64,000 nucleotides of DNA, from contig CAVUDW010000002.1 in NCBI GenBank assembly GCA_963740355.1, positions 1,952,001 to 2,016,000 on the forward strand. Reading direction: 5' to 3'. Positions 16,569 through 26,918 of this stretch are shown piece after piece. Both the position numbers and the translations under genes were made by a program. The notes under the pieces are model-generated. The model saw only the letters and a list, made by a program, of their open reading frames with translations, was not told the DNA's origin and did no database searches. The stretch comes from an uncultured Gemmatimonadaceae bacterium (lineage in GTDB: Bacteria > Gemmatimonadota > Gemmatimonadetes > Gemmatimonadales > Gemmatimonadaceae). Every line of letters starts with the position of its first letter. Positions within the stretch are counted from its first letter, which is position 1.

Positions 16569-18155
16569 CTACCGGCAGGCGTACGACGCTGCATCCTCCG
16601 GCTTCCCCGTGCCGTCGTACCGCGCGAGCCTCGGGTACGCGCACAGAGGATGGGTGCGCAGGACCTTGCCGCCGCTCTCCTTGCGGGCGACGATCCGGGA
16701 CGGCGCCTCGCCCTGCTCGACCCAGCGGCTGATCGTCGTTGCCCAATCCACTTCATCGCAGCCGCTACCGCCGGCGCAGTGCAGCACGCCGGGCATCATG
16801 AAGAGGCGCGTGAACGATGCGGCCTGCGGCGTGCGCGCCTGGACGGCCTTGAAGTACTGGATCGTCGATCGGGCGTTGAGGGCCGGGTCCGACCAGCCAT
16901 GCGCCAGCAGCAGCTTGCCACCACGTGCACGGAATGCCGACAGGTCGGGGTTGGTGGCAGAGACGAGGGCGTTGACCTTGGCGCCGTCACGTGCGGCGCG
17001 CGAGAGGTCGTAGCCGACGTAGCGCCAGGCGGAATCGCCGTAGATGAAATACTTGAAGAACTCGGTGCCGAAGGCGCCCTGCACCGTGGCAGCGGTCTGA
17101 CCTGTCACCGCTGCGATGTCCTGCAACGGACCAGTCAGCCATGCACCCCAACTATCGTCGAAATCCTCGTCGCCGAAGGGTTGCCCCGGATACCGAAGCG
17201 ACCCAGCGACAAGCGGTGATGTGAATGTCGTCAGGGCCGCGCGCTGCGAACGCGTCACGCACCCATCGGCCGCGGTGTCGGCCGGGCAGGCCGGGAGGGA
17301 TGCGAGTCGGAACGTGCACGCCTCCGGATTTTCGATGGTGCTGTCGCGCACACCGTCGGTTGCATCACAGGCGTCGGTGACCTTGGCAGCCAGCAGCTTC
17401 AGCACCGCGGGAGTGACGACTGGTGCCGTGATATCGCCGGTCGGGTACTGCGCCTGCAGGTTGCGAACGAAGGTGGTGGTGATGTGGAGGAAGTTGTACG
17501 CCGGTGCAAGCGCGACGATGCCGTCGAAATCGGCGGGATACCGCTGGGCCTCCATCAAGGCCTCGCGTCCACCGTTCGAGCAGCCGATGAAGTAGGAGTG
17601 CTCCGCCTCGCGACCGTAGTAGGCCTTGATCAGCAGCTTCGTCACCTCCGCGGTGCGATGCACAGCACGATGTGCGAAGTCCACCACACGTCGCTCATTG
17701 TTCAGTGCCCAGCCTGCGTTGAGGCTGTTGGCCGTGTGACCTGCGTCCGTCCCGACCGTCGCGTAGCCTTGGTGCACCGTGGACGAGAATTGGTTGTCCA
17801 CCGCGCCGACGAATCCGCCGCCGCCACCCATCAGAAAGCGCCCATTCCAATCGTTGGGGAGCATCGCGACGATGTGAGTCTCCTCGTCGACGGTGGCCTC
17901 CACTCGGCAGTACGGCTTGCGCCCCAGTGCACGCAGCGAGTCGTTCGGGGAGGCTGCGCGCACGGCAGTGACGCGTGCGTCGGGCAGCGTGATCTGCATC
18001 GCTGCGGCGCAGTCGATCACCGTGCGACTGAGCTCGGCGCGGCCGTGCCCGATCCGCGCTGCCACAGCTGTCCGGGGCAGCACGAACGAGGCCAGCGAGA
18101 GTAGCGCCGATGCCAGGTGACGACGTGACAGCAGGTGGAACGCAGTGACGCGCAT
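16569..18155 (-). CDS. Tannase/feruloyl esterase family alpha/beta hydrolase
   Basis: GCSNGGRE nucleophile motif, HGWSD, MPGVLHC; twin-Arg-like signal. Confidence 0.94.
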   Translation of the reverse strand: MRVTAFHLLSRRHLASALLSLASFVLPRTAVAARIGHGRAELSRTVIDCAAAMQITLPDARVTAVRAASPNDSLRALGRKPYCRVEATVDEETHIVAMLPNDWNGRFLMGGGGGFVGAVDNQFSSTVHQGYATVGTDAGHTANSLNAGWALNNERRVVDFAHRAVHRTAEVTKLLIKAYYGREAEHSYFIGCSNGGREALMEAQRYPADFDGIVALAPAYNFLHITTTFVRNLQAQYPTGDITAPVVTPAVLKLLAAKVTDACDATDGVRDSTIENPEACTFRLASLPACPADTAADGCVTRSQRAALTTFTSPLVAGSLRYPGQPFGDEDFDDSWGAWLTGPLQDIAAVTGQTAATVQGAFGTEFFKYFIYGDSAWRYVGYDLSRAARDGAKVNALVSATNPDLSAFRARGGKLLLAHGWSDPALNARSTIQYFKAVQARTPQAASFTRLFMMPGVLHCAGGSGCDEVDWATTISRWVEQGEAPSRIVARKESGGKVLRTHPLCAYPRLARYDGTGKPEDAASYACR

Positions 18156-18209
18156 GCGGGACTCCGTGGTAAGTGGGCGAAGGCACTGCGCGGCCGTAAG
18201 ACGCGACCC

Positions 18210-18353
18210 AAATCCGGTGACAGTGCACTCAATCCCGCTGCCAACGAACTCGACGAGCGGCAAGCTAACGGAGGCGCACTGGCGGTAGCGCGGGAACGGG
18301 AATAGGTGCACTGTCACCGGATTCGGCGGAAATGAGTGCACTGTCACCGGATT
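18210..18353. repeat. Family A REP-like cluster (one forward arm, two reverse arms)
   Basis: Arms at 18210-18231, 18306-18323 and 18333-18353. Confidence 0.9.
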
Positions 18354-18448
18354 GCGGGCGCCATGCAGCCCGGCTTGCTTCGGGAATTCTTGACACTTCG
18401 CCACCCCGGCGACGATAGTGTCGAGATCGATCTCGCCCAGGAGATGCC

Positions 18449-21040
18449 GTGATGTCGGACTCCGAATCACCGCCGCCGTCTGCCGACAGTATCTCCTTCG
18501 CTGCCGGGAGTGTGGTCGGGGCGTTTACGCTGCTCCAGCCGCTGGGTGAGGGCGGCATGGGCGAGGTCTGGGAGGCCGAGCAGCGGCAGCCGATCCGCCG
18601 GCACGTCGCGGTCAAGTTTCTCAAGCTCGGGCTCGACACCAAGGCGTTCCTCGCCCGATTCGAGATCGAGCGACAGGCGCTGGCTGTCATGGACCACCCC
18701 GGTATCGCGCGTGTGCTCGACGCCGGCGCAACTGCGAGCGGCCGTCCGTACTACGTGATGGAGATCGTCCGCGGCATGCCGCTGACGGAGTTCTGCGACA
18801 CCTATCGCCTCACCACCGAACGGCGCCTCGAACTCTTCGCCGACGTCTGTCTTGCCGTGCAGCACGCGCACCAGAAGGGCGTGATCCATCGCGACCTCAA
18901 GCCGTCCAACATTCTCGTGACGATGGTGGACGATCACCCGGTGCCGAAGGTGATCGACTTCGGCATCGCGAAGGCCGTCGGCGGACGGATGACCGACATC
19001 ACCTTCTTCACCGAGATCGGCCACCCCGTTGGCACGCCGGCGTACATGAGTCCGGAGCAGTGGGAACAGGGCCAGTTCGACATCGACACGCGCAGCGATG
19101 TCTACAGCCTTGGCGTGATCCTCTATGAGTTGCTTGCCGGTCGAGTGCCGAACGACACGGCGCGCCTGCTGATGGTGGGCGGCGCCGCAGTTGCCCAGCT
19201 GATGCGTGAGATGACACCGCCGGCGCCGAGCACGCGAGTCAAGAGTCTTGGTAACGAAACGAATGCGGTGGCGCGTGCACACGGCACCGATCCTCGCGGC
19301 CTGTCGCGCGAATTGCGGGGTGACCTCGATTGGATCACGCTCAAGGCGATGGATCCCGATCGGAGCCGGCGCTACGACACGGCACACGCCATCGCGCAGG
19401 ACATCATGCGCCATATGCACGCCGAGCCTGTCAGCGCGCGGCCGCCGAGTCTTTCGTATCGGGCAGGGCGCTTCGTGCGACGCAATCGGACGGGCGTCGC
19501 CTTGGCGTCAATCGTGCTGTTGGCCGGCGTTGGTTTCACTGGTCAGACAGTAGCGCAAGCTCGGCGGCTGAAGGTGGAACGCGATCGCGCCGAGTTGGCG
19601 GCACGCATTGCAATCGCGAATGGCGAGATGCAGAAGGCGTTGCTCACGCTGGTGGAATCCGACTCGGGGAGCATGACCGCCGACCAGCGTCTGGAGAAGG
19701 TGCAGGGGATGATGGAGAAGCAATTCGCGGGCGATCCGATCGTGCAGTCGTCGCTGTTCATGACGCTTGCTGACCGCTACGGTGAACTGAACCAGTTGGG
19801 GAAGCAGGTCACGCTGACGCAGCTCGCTGCCGCGCGGGCGCACGACGCGGGCGAGGCGATGGTCGAAGCGCGGACCCGCTGCCTCGCTGCCTGGATCCAC
19901 TTCCGGCTCGAGCAGCCGGATTCTGGAAGCGCGCAACTCGCTACCGGTCTGGCGCTGCTGAAATCACCCGGCGAGGACGAGCGAGTGCAGGCCCAGGTCG
20001 CGTGCAATAGTGCGCAGTCCACGCAATTCGCGATGCGACAGCAGTTCGACTCGGCGACGGCGCGGACGCGGGCTTCTGTGCAACTACTCGAGTCGATCGG
20101 CGACACGCTCACGAGCGACTACGACGTGACGCTCAACAACTATGCGCAGTCGCTCAACCAGGCCGGTCGTCCTCGCGAGGCGAGCGACGTTCTGGGTCGC
20201 TTGATTACGATACTGGCGCGTAGGGGAGGGCAAAACCTCACCGGCTACCTCGTAATCGTCTCCAATCGTGCGAGCGTCGCGCTGCAGCTCGGCGAATTTG
20301 CGACGGCGCGCGAACAGCTCGAGAAGGAAGCGGCGCGCCTGCGCACGCCTGGCTCTACCGCGCCACTGCCACCGATGATCGCGTATCGACTGATCATGAC
20401 GTATCACATGCTGGGCGCCGCCGACAGCGTCAAGCCCCTCGCCAGCGCCTTGCTTGGCGACGCCACACTTGGTTTGCCGCCGCCGATATTGCTCGACGCG
20501 CGTATCGCGCTGGCTGACGCTGAGCTTCGCACCGGCAATCTTGCTGCGGCGCGACGCGAGGCTGCACTGGTAGCGCAAGGCGCATCACAAATGGCCGCCG
20601 CGCCACCGCGCGCGAGGGCGAGAGCAGCGCTGCTCGGCGCCGCGATGCTGCACGCCGAGGGGCAGAACGCGCAGGCGCTCGACTCATTGCAGCGGTTTCT
20701 GAGCGCGGCTGGGTACAAGCCTGGCGTGCGAGGGGAGGGGCTGACGCCGATGCTCATTCGCGCCAGCGCGTATGCGTTGGCAGCGGGTGACAACGCGCGC
20801 GCCGCAGTGTTCGCGCGCGACGCGAAGGTCGCGGCGAGTGTCGATACGCTGGCCGTGTCACGCAGTGCGTTCGTGGGTGAGGCACTCGCGGCAGAGGCGC
20901 GCGCGATGCAGGCGCAGGGCAACACAAGCGGGGCACGCGACCTGGGCACAAAGGCGCTGGTGCCTCTTCGGTACGGCTATGGCGACGGACATCCGGTTGT
21001 GGCTGCAGCGCAGCGTTGGCTGGCGGAGCTGAAACCGTAG
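18449..21040 (+). CDS. Hanks-type Ser/Thr protein kinase with TM helix and TPR-like C-terminus
   Basis: LGEGGMGEV, VAVK, HRDLKPSN, DFG, GTPAYMSPE motifs. Confidence 0.96.
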   Translation: MMSDSESPPPSADSISFAAGSVVGAFTLLQPLGEGGMGEVWEAEQRQPIRRHVAVKFLKLGLDTKAFLARFEIERQALAVMDHPGIARVLDAGATASGRPYYVMEIVRGMPLTEFCDTYRLTTERRLELFADVCLAVQHAHQKGVIHRDLKPSNILVTMVDDHPVPKVIDFGIAKAVGGRMTDITFFTEIGHPVGTPAYMSPEQWEQGQFDIDTRSDVYSLGVILYELLAGRVPNDTARLLMVGGAAVAQLMREMTPPAPSTRVKSLGNETNAVARAHGTDPRGLSRELRGDLDWITLKAMDPDRSRRYDTAHAIAQDIMRHMHAEPVSARPPSLSYRAGRFVRRNRTGVALASIVLLAGVGFTGQTVAQARRLKVERDRAELAARIAIANGEMQKALLTLVESDSGSMTADQRLEKVQGMMEKQFAGDPIVQSSLFMTLADRYGELNQLGKQVTLTQLAAARAHDAGEAMVEARTRCLAAWIHFRLEQPDSGSAQLATGLALLKSPGEDERVQAQVACNSAQSTQFAMRQQFDSATARTRASVQLLESIGDTLTSDYDVTLNNYAQSLNQAGRPREASDVLGRLITILARRGGQNLTGYLVIVSNRASVALQLGEFATAREQLEKEAARLRTPGSTAPLPPMIAYRLIMTYHMLGAADSVKPLASALLGDATLGLPPPILLDARIALADAELRTGNLAAARREAALVAQGASQMAAAPPRARARAALLGAAMLHAEGQNAQALDSLQRFLSAAGYKPGVRGEGLTPMLIRASAYALAAGDNARAAVFARDAKVAASVDTLAVSRSAFVGEALAAEARAMQAQGNTSGARDLGTKALVPLRYGYGDGHPVVAAAQRWLAELKP

Positions 21041-21209
21041 AAAATCGGTGACAGTGCACTCATTTCCCGAATTGAGTGCACTGTCACCGATTTTCGCGCG
21101 GAAGGTAGAACGGTCGCTACGGCGTGACGGTCACCGGCACCGAGACCGACAGGAAATCCGGTGACAGTGCACTCATTCTTTGAATTGAGTGCACTGTCAC
21201 CGGTTTTCC
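21041..21209. repeat. Two family A REP-like hairpins (21041-21094, 21153-21209)
   Basis: Near-perfect palindromes ggtgacagtgcactca-N-tgagtgcactgtcacc. Confidence 0.9.
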
Positions 21210-21301
21210 CCACTCTCGATCGCTTGGCGCGCGGGCGTTCTACCACGCCAGACATACGAATGGGTGCCAAAGCGCAGGCGCTCAGGAGCGACTGCGCTGC
21301 G

Positions 21302-22318
21302 CTACCACCCAGCCCCATACCCACTGGCTGCCAGAATCGCAGCCGGATCGCGCATGGTGATCAACTCTTCCAGCGCGGCCACTTTGTCTGGCGCACGCTT
21401 CACGTACGCGCGCGCGATCTGCATGCCCACCCAGTACCCCAGCTCATCCGGCCAACCAGTGGGGGCCGAGCGGTAGTTGCCGAACCAGCGCTTCATCGCG
21501 GTCTGGCCGTCGGCGTCGAGGTTCCACTCGCCGACTCGACCGGCGATCGCACGCTTGCGATCGGTATTGAACTCGCGCCAAAGCTCGCGCTCACGCGGCC
21601 GCGCCCATGCGTCGCGCTCCGCACCGGGCTGGGCGCCGGTAGCGAGCATCGAGATATACTCCGGCGTGCCTTCCATCAGCGCCATGAACAGGATCGGGTC
21701 CGCGCCGTAGGTCGCCGACGAGGGCGACGGGTTCTGGAAGCTGTGCACCGTTTCGTGTGCGAAGATGCGTCGCATCGCCTCACGGAATTGCACCACCGTC
21801 GTCCCCGGCCCGCACATGACTTCGAGGCCGAGTGCCTGCACGTCGGGGAGGGCCATGCCGCCGGAGTTGCCGGCGCCGAAGACGACGTGGACTTCGGGCA
21901 CTCGGCGGCCAGGCAACATGCCGGCGTAGGCCAGGTAAACCGCACGCATCTCGTCGCGCAGGCCGCTGACCGCAGGCAGGCAGGTCTCGATGGCGTACTT
22001 GTATCGCGCCGGTTCCCGCGCCACCGCAGCGGCAAGATTCGTCGCATTCTGAATCCTGTCTGGCGTGAACGCGACGACTCCGCGCCCTGCGCCGTCGAGG
22101 TAGCCGGCCTGCAGCTGCGCGGCAGATGGGGCGCCGCCCGCCGCGCGGAAGACAGTCGCGAAGTGGTCGGCGTCGGTCGCGTTCACTTCCATCGTCAGGA
22201 CGCGATTGATCGCCTGACTTGGTGAGCCTGACGGTGGGGCGGCGTCAGGCTTTTGTGTCGATGCAGTCGCGCATCCGGTCAGCAAGAGCAGGGCAGAGAG
22301 GAGGCGAGACGCGGGCAT
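21302..22318 (-). CDS. Lipoprotein, putative Zn-dependent protease (DUF2268-like)
   Basis: Lipobox LTGC, AHETVH, MEG, P.ELGYWVG.QIA..Y. Confidence 0.82.
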   Translation of the reverse strand: MPASRLLSALLLLTGCATASTQKPDAAPPSGSPSQAINRVLTMEVNATDADHFATVFRAAGGAPSAAQLQAGYLDGAGRGVVAFTPDRIQNATNLAAAVAREPARYKYAIETCLPAVSGLRDEMRAVYLAYAGMLPGRRVPEVHVVFGAGNSGGMALPDVQALGLEVMCGPGTTVVQFREAMRRIFAHETVHSFQNPSPSSATYGADPILFMALMEGTPEYISMLATGAQPGAERDAWARPRERELWREFNTDRKRAIAGRVGEWNLDADGQTAMKRWFGNYRSAPTGWPDELGYWVGMQIARAYVKRAPDKVAALEELITMRDPAAILAASGYGAGW

Positions 22319-22592
22319 GGCTTCCGTGGAGCGTGGGTGGCAGTGATGCTTCAGTCCTCGACATGCAGTCGGCGTGGCGAACGCAAAACTACCTACCGCG
22401 CGATCACGCTCGCAGGTCTCGCGACCAGATACATCTTCTCCGTGAGTTCGGTCTGGTCGCACGGCGGGGCCGAAGTGTTGCGCGGCCTCGAAACTGGACA
22501 CTTTGGTGCCAGCTATTCTGGCTATTCCGGTGACAGTGAGCGCTAGCCCAGATTGCGGGGGAAGCAAGCCGACACCTCGATCCACCCCTCCG

Positions 22593-24230
22593 ATGCCGAT
22601 CACTCGCGTGTGCCCACGACGAATCACCACCGTCATCCGCTGTGTCGCACTCTTGTCTCTCGTCGCCTGCCGCCAGGGCGACTCCAGCAAGCGCGCCCCC
22701 GACTCGACGGGTGCCAACACGATCGTGACCACTCCGACGGGTCGGTTCCGCCCTGATCAGCCGAAGGAGGGCGTCCTTGCCTACCTCGGCATCCCATACG
22801 CGCAGCCGCCTGTCGGACCTTTGCGCTGGCGCGAAGCCGTCGCGCTCCAGCCGTCGACCATCGAGCAGAGCGCGACGACCTTCGGCCACACCTGCCGCCA
22901 GCGGATGGACAAGAACGAGGCGGCGTCCTCGACTCCGCAGGGTGAGGATTGTCTGTCGCTGAATGTCTGGACCCGCGGCCCGTCCGCGAAGCGTGCGCCG
23001 GTGATGCTCTGGATTCACGGCGGTGCTAACGTGAGCGGTGGGACTGCTGACCCGTTCTACGACGGGCACAACTTCGTCCGCGACAATGACGTGGTGCTGG
23101 TGTCGATCAACTATCGACTCGGCCCTTTCGGCTTTCTCGACCTGTCGGGGATCGGCGACACCACGTTCGCGCGGAGCCGGAACCTCGGCCTGCTCGACCA
23201 ACTCGCCGCCCTGCGCTGGGTTCGCAGCAACATCGCTGCATTCGGCGGTGACTCGGCCAACATCACGGTGTTTGGCGAGTCTGCCGGTGGATCCGCAGTT
23301 ATGCGCCTGATGGCGATGCCGCTGGCGAAGGGACTGTTCGACAAGGCGATCATCGAAAGCGGCGGTCCGGCCAACATCCGCGTGCGTGGCACGACGCCCA
23401 AATCGGGCGTCGAGTCAGGGCTCGCGCTCACCCGTGAGTTCATGCAAGCCGCGCACGCCGGCGATGTCGCGGCCCTGCAGGCGCTCGATCCCGACACGGT
23501 GCTCGCCGTTGCAGAACGCGTTGCCAAGGCACGCGGTGACGCGCTCGGAGTCTCGACCTGGGGCGCACGCGCAGACGGCGTGGTGTTGCCCGAAGATGTG
23601 TTCGGCGACATCCGTCGTGGCGCAGGGAAGGGTATCAAGGTGTTGATCGGCACCAACGAAGACGAGATGCTGTACTTCCGGCTCTACGACCCACAGTTCG
23701 AGCAGACCTTGATGCGCGAGTATCACGCATCGTCGACGGCGATGGGTCGGAGCTTCGCGACCGTCAAGGACATCGCGGATTCCTATGTCGCGAACAGCAC
23801 GGATCCCAAGCGCTACATCGACTTCGCGGGTGAGTTCTGGCTGCGCCAGCCGTCGATCTTGTTTGCCGAGGGTGCGTCACGGTACGCGGATACGTACATG
23901 TATCTGTGGGCGTGGGACTCTGGTGTTCCCGGCCTGGGGGCGAGTCACGCGATCGAGTTGCCGTTTGTGTTCGGGCACCTCACCGGGCCGAGTGTAGAGA
24001 AGTTCACCGGGGCCAATCCGCCGGCGGCGCTCTCGCGAAGAATTCAGGCAGCGTGGACGGCGTTTGCTACAAAGGGGAATCCCACGGTGGCCGGTAACGG
24101 CGAGTGGCCGAAGTACACGGAGTCGGATCGGGCGACGCGGATACTGAGGGACGGACCGTGGAGCGTAGTCGTCGACCCGAGGAAGGACGCGCGGGTGATG
24201 CTCCGAGGGATGTACGACGTCGCGCGGTGA
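22593..24230 (+). CDS. Carboxylesterase type B lipoprotein
   Basis: GIPYAQPPVGPLRW, EDCLSLNVW, GESAG and ASHAIELPFVFG motifs. Confidence 0.95.
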   Translation: MPITRVCPRRITTVIRCVALLSLVACRQGDSSKRAPDSTGANTIVTTPTGRFRPDQPKEGVLAYLGIPYAQPPVGPLRWREAVALQPSTIEQSATTFGHTCRQRMDKNEAASSTPQGEDCLSLNVWTRGPSAKRAPVMLWIHGGANVSGGTADPFYDGHNFVRDNDVVLVSINYRLGPFGFLDLSGIGDTTFARSRNLGLLDQLAALRWVRSNIAAFGGDSANITVFGESAGGSAVMRLMAMPLAKGLFDKAIIESGGPANIRVRGTTPKSGVESGLALTREFMQAAHAGDVAALQALDPDTVLAVAERVAKARGDALGVSTWGARADGVVLPEDVFGDIRRGAGKGIKVLIGTNEDEMLYFRLYDPQFEQTLMREYHASSTAMGRSFATVKDIADSYVANSTDPKRYIDFAGEFWLRQPSILFAEGASRYADTYMYLWAWDSGVPGLGASHAIELPFVFGHLTGPSVEKFTGANPPAALSRRIQAAWTAFATKGNPTVAGNGEWPKYTESDRATRILRDGPWSVVVDPRKDARVMLRGMYDVAR

Positions 24231-24326
24231 GCGGTCAGCGCAGGCCGGTCAGGAAGTACGAGTTGATCATTCACGGAGTACGTCGCGCGGAGCGGCGGCA
24301 TCGAGCGCTCTTGTGACCGAACTCCG

Positions 24327-24890
24327 CTAGAAGCGCACCGAGAGTGCGCTCAGATTGCCGCCCGGCATCGGGCGGAAGTCGACCGCGATCCGCTGCGGCG
24401 TACTCCACTGTTCGGTACCGCTGACGGCGCCGATCCACGCACCGATGCCGGTGAGGACGAGCGCGACCGGGACTGCCAAGGCGGTCGTCGGGATCGACGC
24501 AGCGCCGCCCTGCCGTTCGTAGGCGCGGTCGCTGGCCCAGGCGACACCGACAACCACCGCGCCAAGTCCCGCGCCTATGAGAGCACCGCGTCCGGCGCTG
24601 CTGGCGTAGCGCTCGAACACCGAGTAGCTCCGAACGCAGTCGGTTCCGATCGTACGGGCGATGGTGATCCTGTCCGGCGGGAACGTGACGGTCGAGGTCA
24701 CGACGCTGTCTATGGCAACGTCAACGCTGTCGCCGCGTAGCCCGCCAAACTTTCCGGTGAGTGTCTTGCCGGTGCATGTCTCGAGCCGGATTGGCTTGCC
24801 GATGGGCAGGTCCTGCAGGCGCTGCGCGGCAAGGTGAGTCGCACAGGTCATTGCCAGTAGGACGAGCAGGCATCGACTGCGGCAGGGCAT
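24327..24890 (-). CDS. Hypothetical secreted/membrane protein with glycine-zipper-like helices
   Basis: Signal peptide, GALIGAGLG, terminal Phe. Confidence 0.7.
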   Translation of the reverse strand: MPCRSRCLLVLLAMTCATHLAAQRLQDLPIGKPIRLETCTGKTLTGKFGGLRGDSVDVAIDSVVTSTVTFPPDRITIARTIGTDCVRSYSVFERYASSAGRGALIGAGLGAVVVGVAWASDRAYERQGGAASIPTTALAVPVALVLTGIGAWIGAVSGTEQWSTPQRIAVDFRPMPGGNLSALSVRF

Positions 24891-25080
24891 GGCGGCACCA
24901 GAGAGCGGGTGATCGCAGACAGACGGAAAGTGCAGGGCGTGAACGCGGCCGCGCCGAGTGCTCGGGCGCCCTGTGGCAATTATTCGCGTCTAGTGAAGAA
25001 TAGCCCCCGCGTGCAGCTTGGCAAGCCGAGCCAGGTGCCACGTGACGACGCGGGCAACCCTTTGCGCCAGGAGCAAAGCG

Positions 25081-25863
25081 TTAGTGGTGCGACCGTTCCG
25101 CTGTGCCGTGCCTCCGGGCGAGGCTTTGCACGTGCTCGACATCCGTCTGACCGGTGATGGCGAGCCGCGCCGTCTCGAGTCGGCCAACGCAGAACTGCAA
25201 CTCTCTGAGCGACATCACTTCCGTCGACTGGTGGTGCAGGTACTCGCCAAGTTGATCGACCTGAATGACTCCATCCGGCATCGCTGTCTTGAATTCACCG
25301 TCACCGGTGAATACGACGACCGATTTGACTGCCTCTGGCGGCAGGAAGTCGAGAAGGTCCTGAACGGCGCGTACGTGACGGTAGTTCTGCAGCAGCGGGT
25401 TCTGGAACTTGTACTTCTTCTGGTAGAATACATGCGTCCACGTCGGTGACGATGCGTTTGCGAAGATCCAGCCGCCGTAGTCTTTCGTCTCGATCACGAA
25501 GACGCCGAACCGCGACACCAGGATGTGGTCAACTTGTGTGGTGCCGTCGTCCATCCGCAGGGTGACGTGATTCAGCAGGTGGTAGTGCGGGGGATGGCAG
25601 TGCGTCATCAGAAGACGCGTTACCAATGACTCGCCATCATTCTGGAATTGCGGTGAGGTCCACGACCGGAAGGGCCTGCCGTTTCTGTTGTGCGATCCTC
25701 GGCGCCGGCCGAGCATAAATCCCACTGTGACAGCGATCGCGAGGAGAACGTAGAGAACAGTTGTGTTCTGATCGTTCAGGGCGGCGAAGAATTGCTTCAA
25801 TGGAGCGATCGCCAGATCGTTGACTTGTCCCGAGAGCTGATGGGGGATGTCGGTGATGAGCAT
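25081..25863 (-). CDS. NERD (nuclease-related domain) protein with N-terminal TM
   Basis: TQVDHILVSRFGVFVIETK, FQNPLLQN..H. Confidence 0.92.
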   Translation of the reverse strand: MLITDIPHQLSGQVNDLAIAPLKQFFAALNDQNTTVLYVLLAIAVTVGFMLGRRRGSHNRNGRPFRSWTSPQFQNDGESLVTRLLMTHCHPPHYHLLNHVTLRMDDGTTQVDHILVSRFGVFVIETKDYGGWIFANASSPTWTHVFYQKKYKFQNPLLQNYRHVRAVQDLLDFLPPEAVKSVVVFTGDGEFKTAMPDGVIQVDQLGEYLHHQSTEVMSLRELQFCVGRLETARLAITGQTDVEHVQSLARRHGTAERSHH

Positions 25864-25989
25864 GGCGACGGCGCCCGTGGTGGGAGATTCGCGGTGCGGG
25901 TTCGACTGTTATGACGATCGGAGCAGGTGCGCCGTTTCGGCCCCGCCGACTCGGGAGCTTGCAAAATGAACGGCGAGATTCCGTCTCAA

Positions 25990-26250
25990 TCAGCGGTTCG
26001 GTGGTGCGGACGTGCCTGGCCTCGCTGAAACAAGCCAAATACACCAGGCATCCGACCGGAGCGTCGTCTTCCTAAACTTGCCGGCGGTCGTCGTGCAGCG
26101 CGTGCCGTCTGACGCGACCAGGGTGTCGGGCAGAAGCTTCTGCGTGACCACCTTCCGCGCGAGAGTCGGTGCGTTGTCGCCGTTCCGAAGCGGAATGGCA
26201 CACCCCGCGAGCACTACGGCCGCGAGTGATGCGAGCCTGCGGACTGACAT
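25990..26250 (-). CDS. Small lipoprotein
   Basis: MSVRRLASLAAVVLAGC lipobox. Confidence 0.65.
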   Translation of the reverse strand: MSVRRLASLAAVVLAGCAIPLRNGDNAPTLARKVVTQKLLPDTLVASDGTRCTTTAGKFRKTTLRSDAWCIWLVSARPGTSAPPNR

Positions 26251-26290
26251 TCGTACGCTCCGGACGTACGTGGTGCACGTGCTTCGGTGT

Positions 26291-26382
26291 TGCCAAAGAA
26301 AATGGTTCTGTTGCCAAGCGTCCCTACGCCTCGCCTGATGAATAACGGCCGGCCGCATTGTCTGCGGTAACCGGCGTTACGC
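26291..26382 (-). mobile_element. Degenerate integron attC site
   Basis: GCGTAAC-GCCG-GTTACCGCAGAC...GCAACAGAAC; aligns with the attC at 26823-26918, but the R' end is decayed. Confidence 0.6.
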
Positions 26383-26808
26383 CGCTGTGGAAGCATCCGG
26401 TGGGCGCTTCAACCTCACCAGTCGCCACAGCATCCACGCCGTCAGTGCGAGTGGGAATGCAACAAACGGAAGCCGCGAAGCAACGATGACTGCATCGAAA
26501 GTCTCATGCCTGATCATCTGGTGAAGCTCGAGCCTCCCGGCAATCTCGAGGCCTACGAAGCCGCCAACCAGCACGAGCCACCCGATGCCGAATCTCGTGA
26601 CCGTCCGCCGCGGAAGCGGCGCACCGCTGCTGGCAAACCACCACATCGTGATCCCGGCGAGGGGAAGCGCAATGCACGACCAGCCAGCGACGGCGAACTG
26701 CACGCCGCCCCAAGAAATCTCGTACAGCACATCGAGGAGCACGAGCGCAGTGAGCCACGCGACGCCTGCGAGCGCACGGCACAAAGTGTGGGGAGATGGG
26801 TTTCGCAT
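26377..26808 (-). CDS. Hypothetical four-TM membrane protein (cassette gene)
   Basis: Four hydrophobic segments; stop TAA lies within the R'' box of the attC. Confidence 0.7.
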   Translation of the reverse strand: MRNPSPHTLCRALAGVAWLTALVLLDVLYEISWGGVQFAVAGWSCIALPLAGITMWWFASSGAPLPRRTVTRFGIGWLVLVGGFVGLEIAGRLELHQMIRHETFDAVIVASRLPFVAFPLALTAWMLWRLVRLKRPPDASTAA

Positions 26809-26822
26809 AGTCGACCGCGTCG

Positions 26823-26918
26823 GCCTACCGAGACAAGTTCTGCTGCAAAGCGACCGCACCAATCCCACTAGTTTGCACTACACGCCGGTCGCTTTGTCTG
26901 CAGCAACTGGCGTTAGAG
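26823..26918 (-). mobile_element. Integron attC site
   Basis: CTCTAAC-GCCA-GTTGCTGCAGAC-AAAGCGACCG...CGGTCGCTTT-GCAGCAGAAC-TTGTCTC-GGTAGGC: R''/L''/stem/L'/R' layout; R' deviates from GTTRRRY by one base. Confidence 0.78.

Noticed and set aside
14637..21209. Family A repeats as CRISPR repeats or attC sites
   Set aside because: They occur as inverted pairs with irregular spacing and lack RYYYAAC/GTTRRRY boxes.
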